This document shows, piece after piece, positions 49,092 through 49,177 of a DNA stretch of 49,177 bases. This stretch comes from Fonticula alba ATCC 38817 (taxonomy: Eukaryota; Protista; Nucleariida). Position 1 is the first letter of the stretch. Each line of letters opens with the position of its first letter. The stretch lies in assembly GCA_000388065.2 (NCBI GenBank), contig KB932205.1; one strand, written 5' to 3'. The position numbers and the translations under genes are program-made. Below the pieces are notes generated by a model that was not told where the DNA came from, made no database searches, and saw only the letters and a program-made list of their open reading frames with translations.

Positions 49092-49177
49092 GTGCGTCTA
49101 TCATTATTGGCGGGCCTGCGGTTGCCGTCCCCGGGGGGGGGGTGCTGATGAGACGCCGGCGGCGTCGGCGACCGCCG

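Overview
GC-rich, intron-rich eukaryotic draft scaffold with 15 N-gaps, most flanked by poly-C/G tracts. The gene content (Shank-type SPN+ankyrin protein, IZH/ADIPOR-type PAQR, FSH1) suggests an opisthokont protist. The style resembles Fonticula-like genomes, but that is inference. Most entries in the ORF track are GC-driven artefacts. Splicing exons by hand (GT-AG, frame-checked) gave, in order: CCT1, a Yip1-domain gene, an ARL6IP4/SR-25-like gene, a PAQR, a C2H2 zinc-finger gene, a Shank-like scaffold, SDF2, an active myotubularin, DUS4, a small acidic protein, an FSH1 serine hydrolase, an MpaB/Lcp-like (DUF2236) haem oxygenase spread over more than 6.7 kb, tRNA-Ala(AGC), and the start of an unknown gene. 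The main points of interest are: (1) a minimal Shank with SPN+6 ANK, no SH3/PDZ/SAM and five PPxxF Homer-type motifs; (2) a membrane-anchored MpaB/Lcp-like oxygenase head-to-head with an FSH1/LovG-family hydrolase; (3) splice donors dominated by GTRCGY, with no +4A among 36 assigned sites. I also found an Illumina adapter remnant with an artefactual duplication and an orphan coding segment inside a Yip1 intron. I found no CRISPR array, rRNA or intact mobile element.
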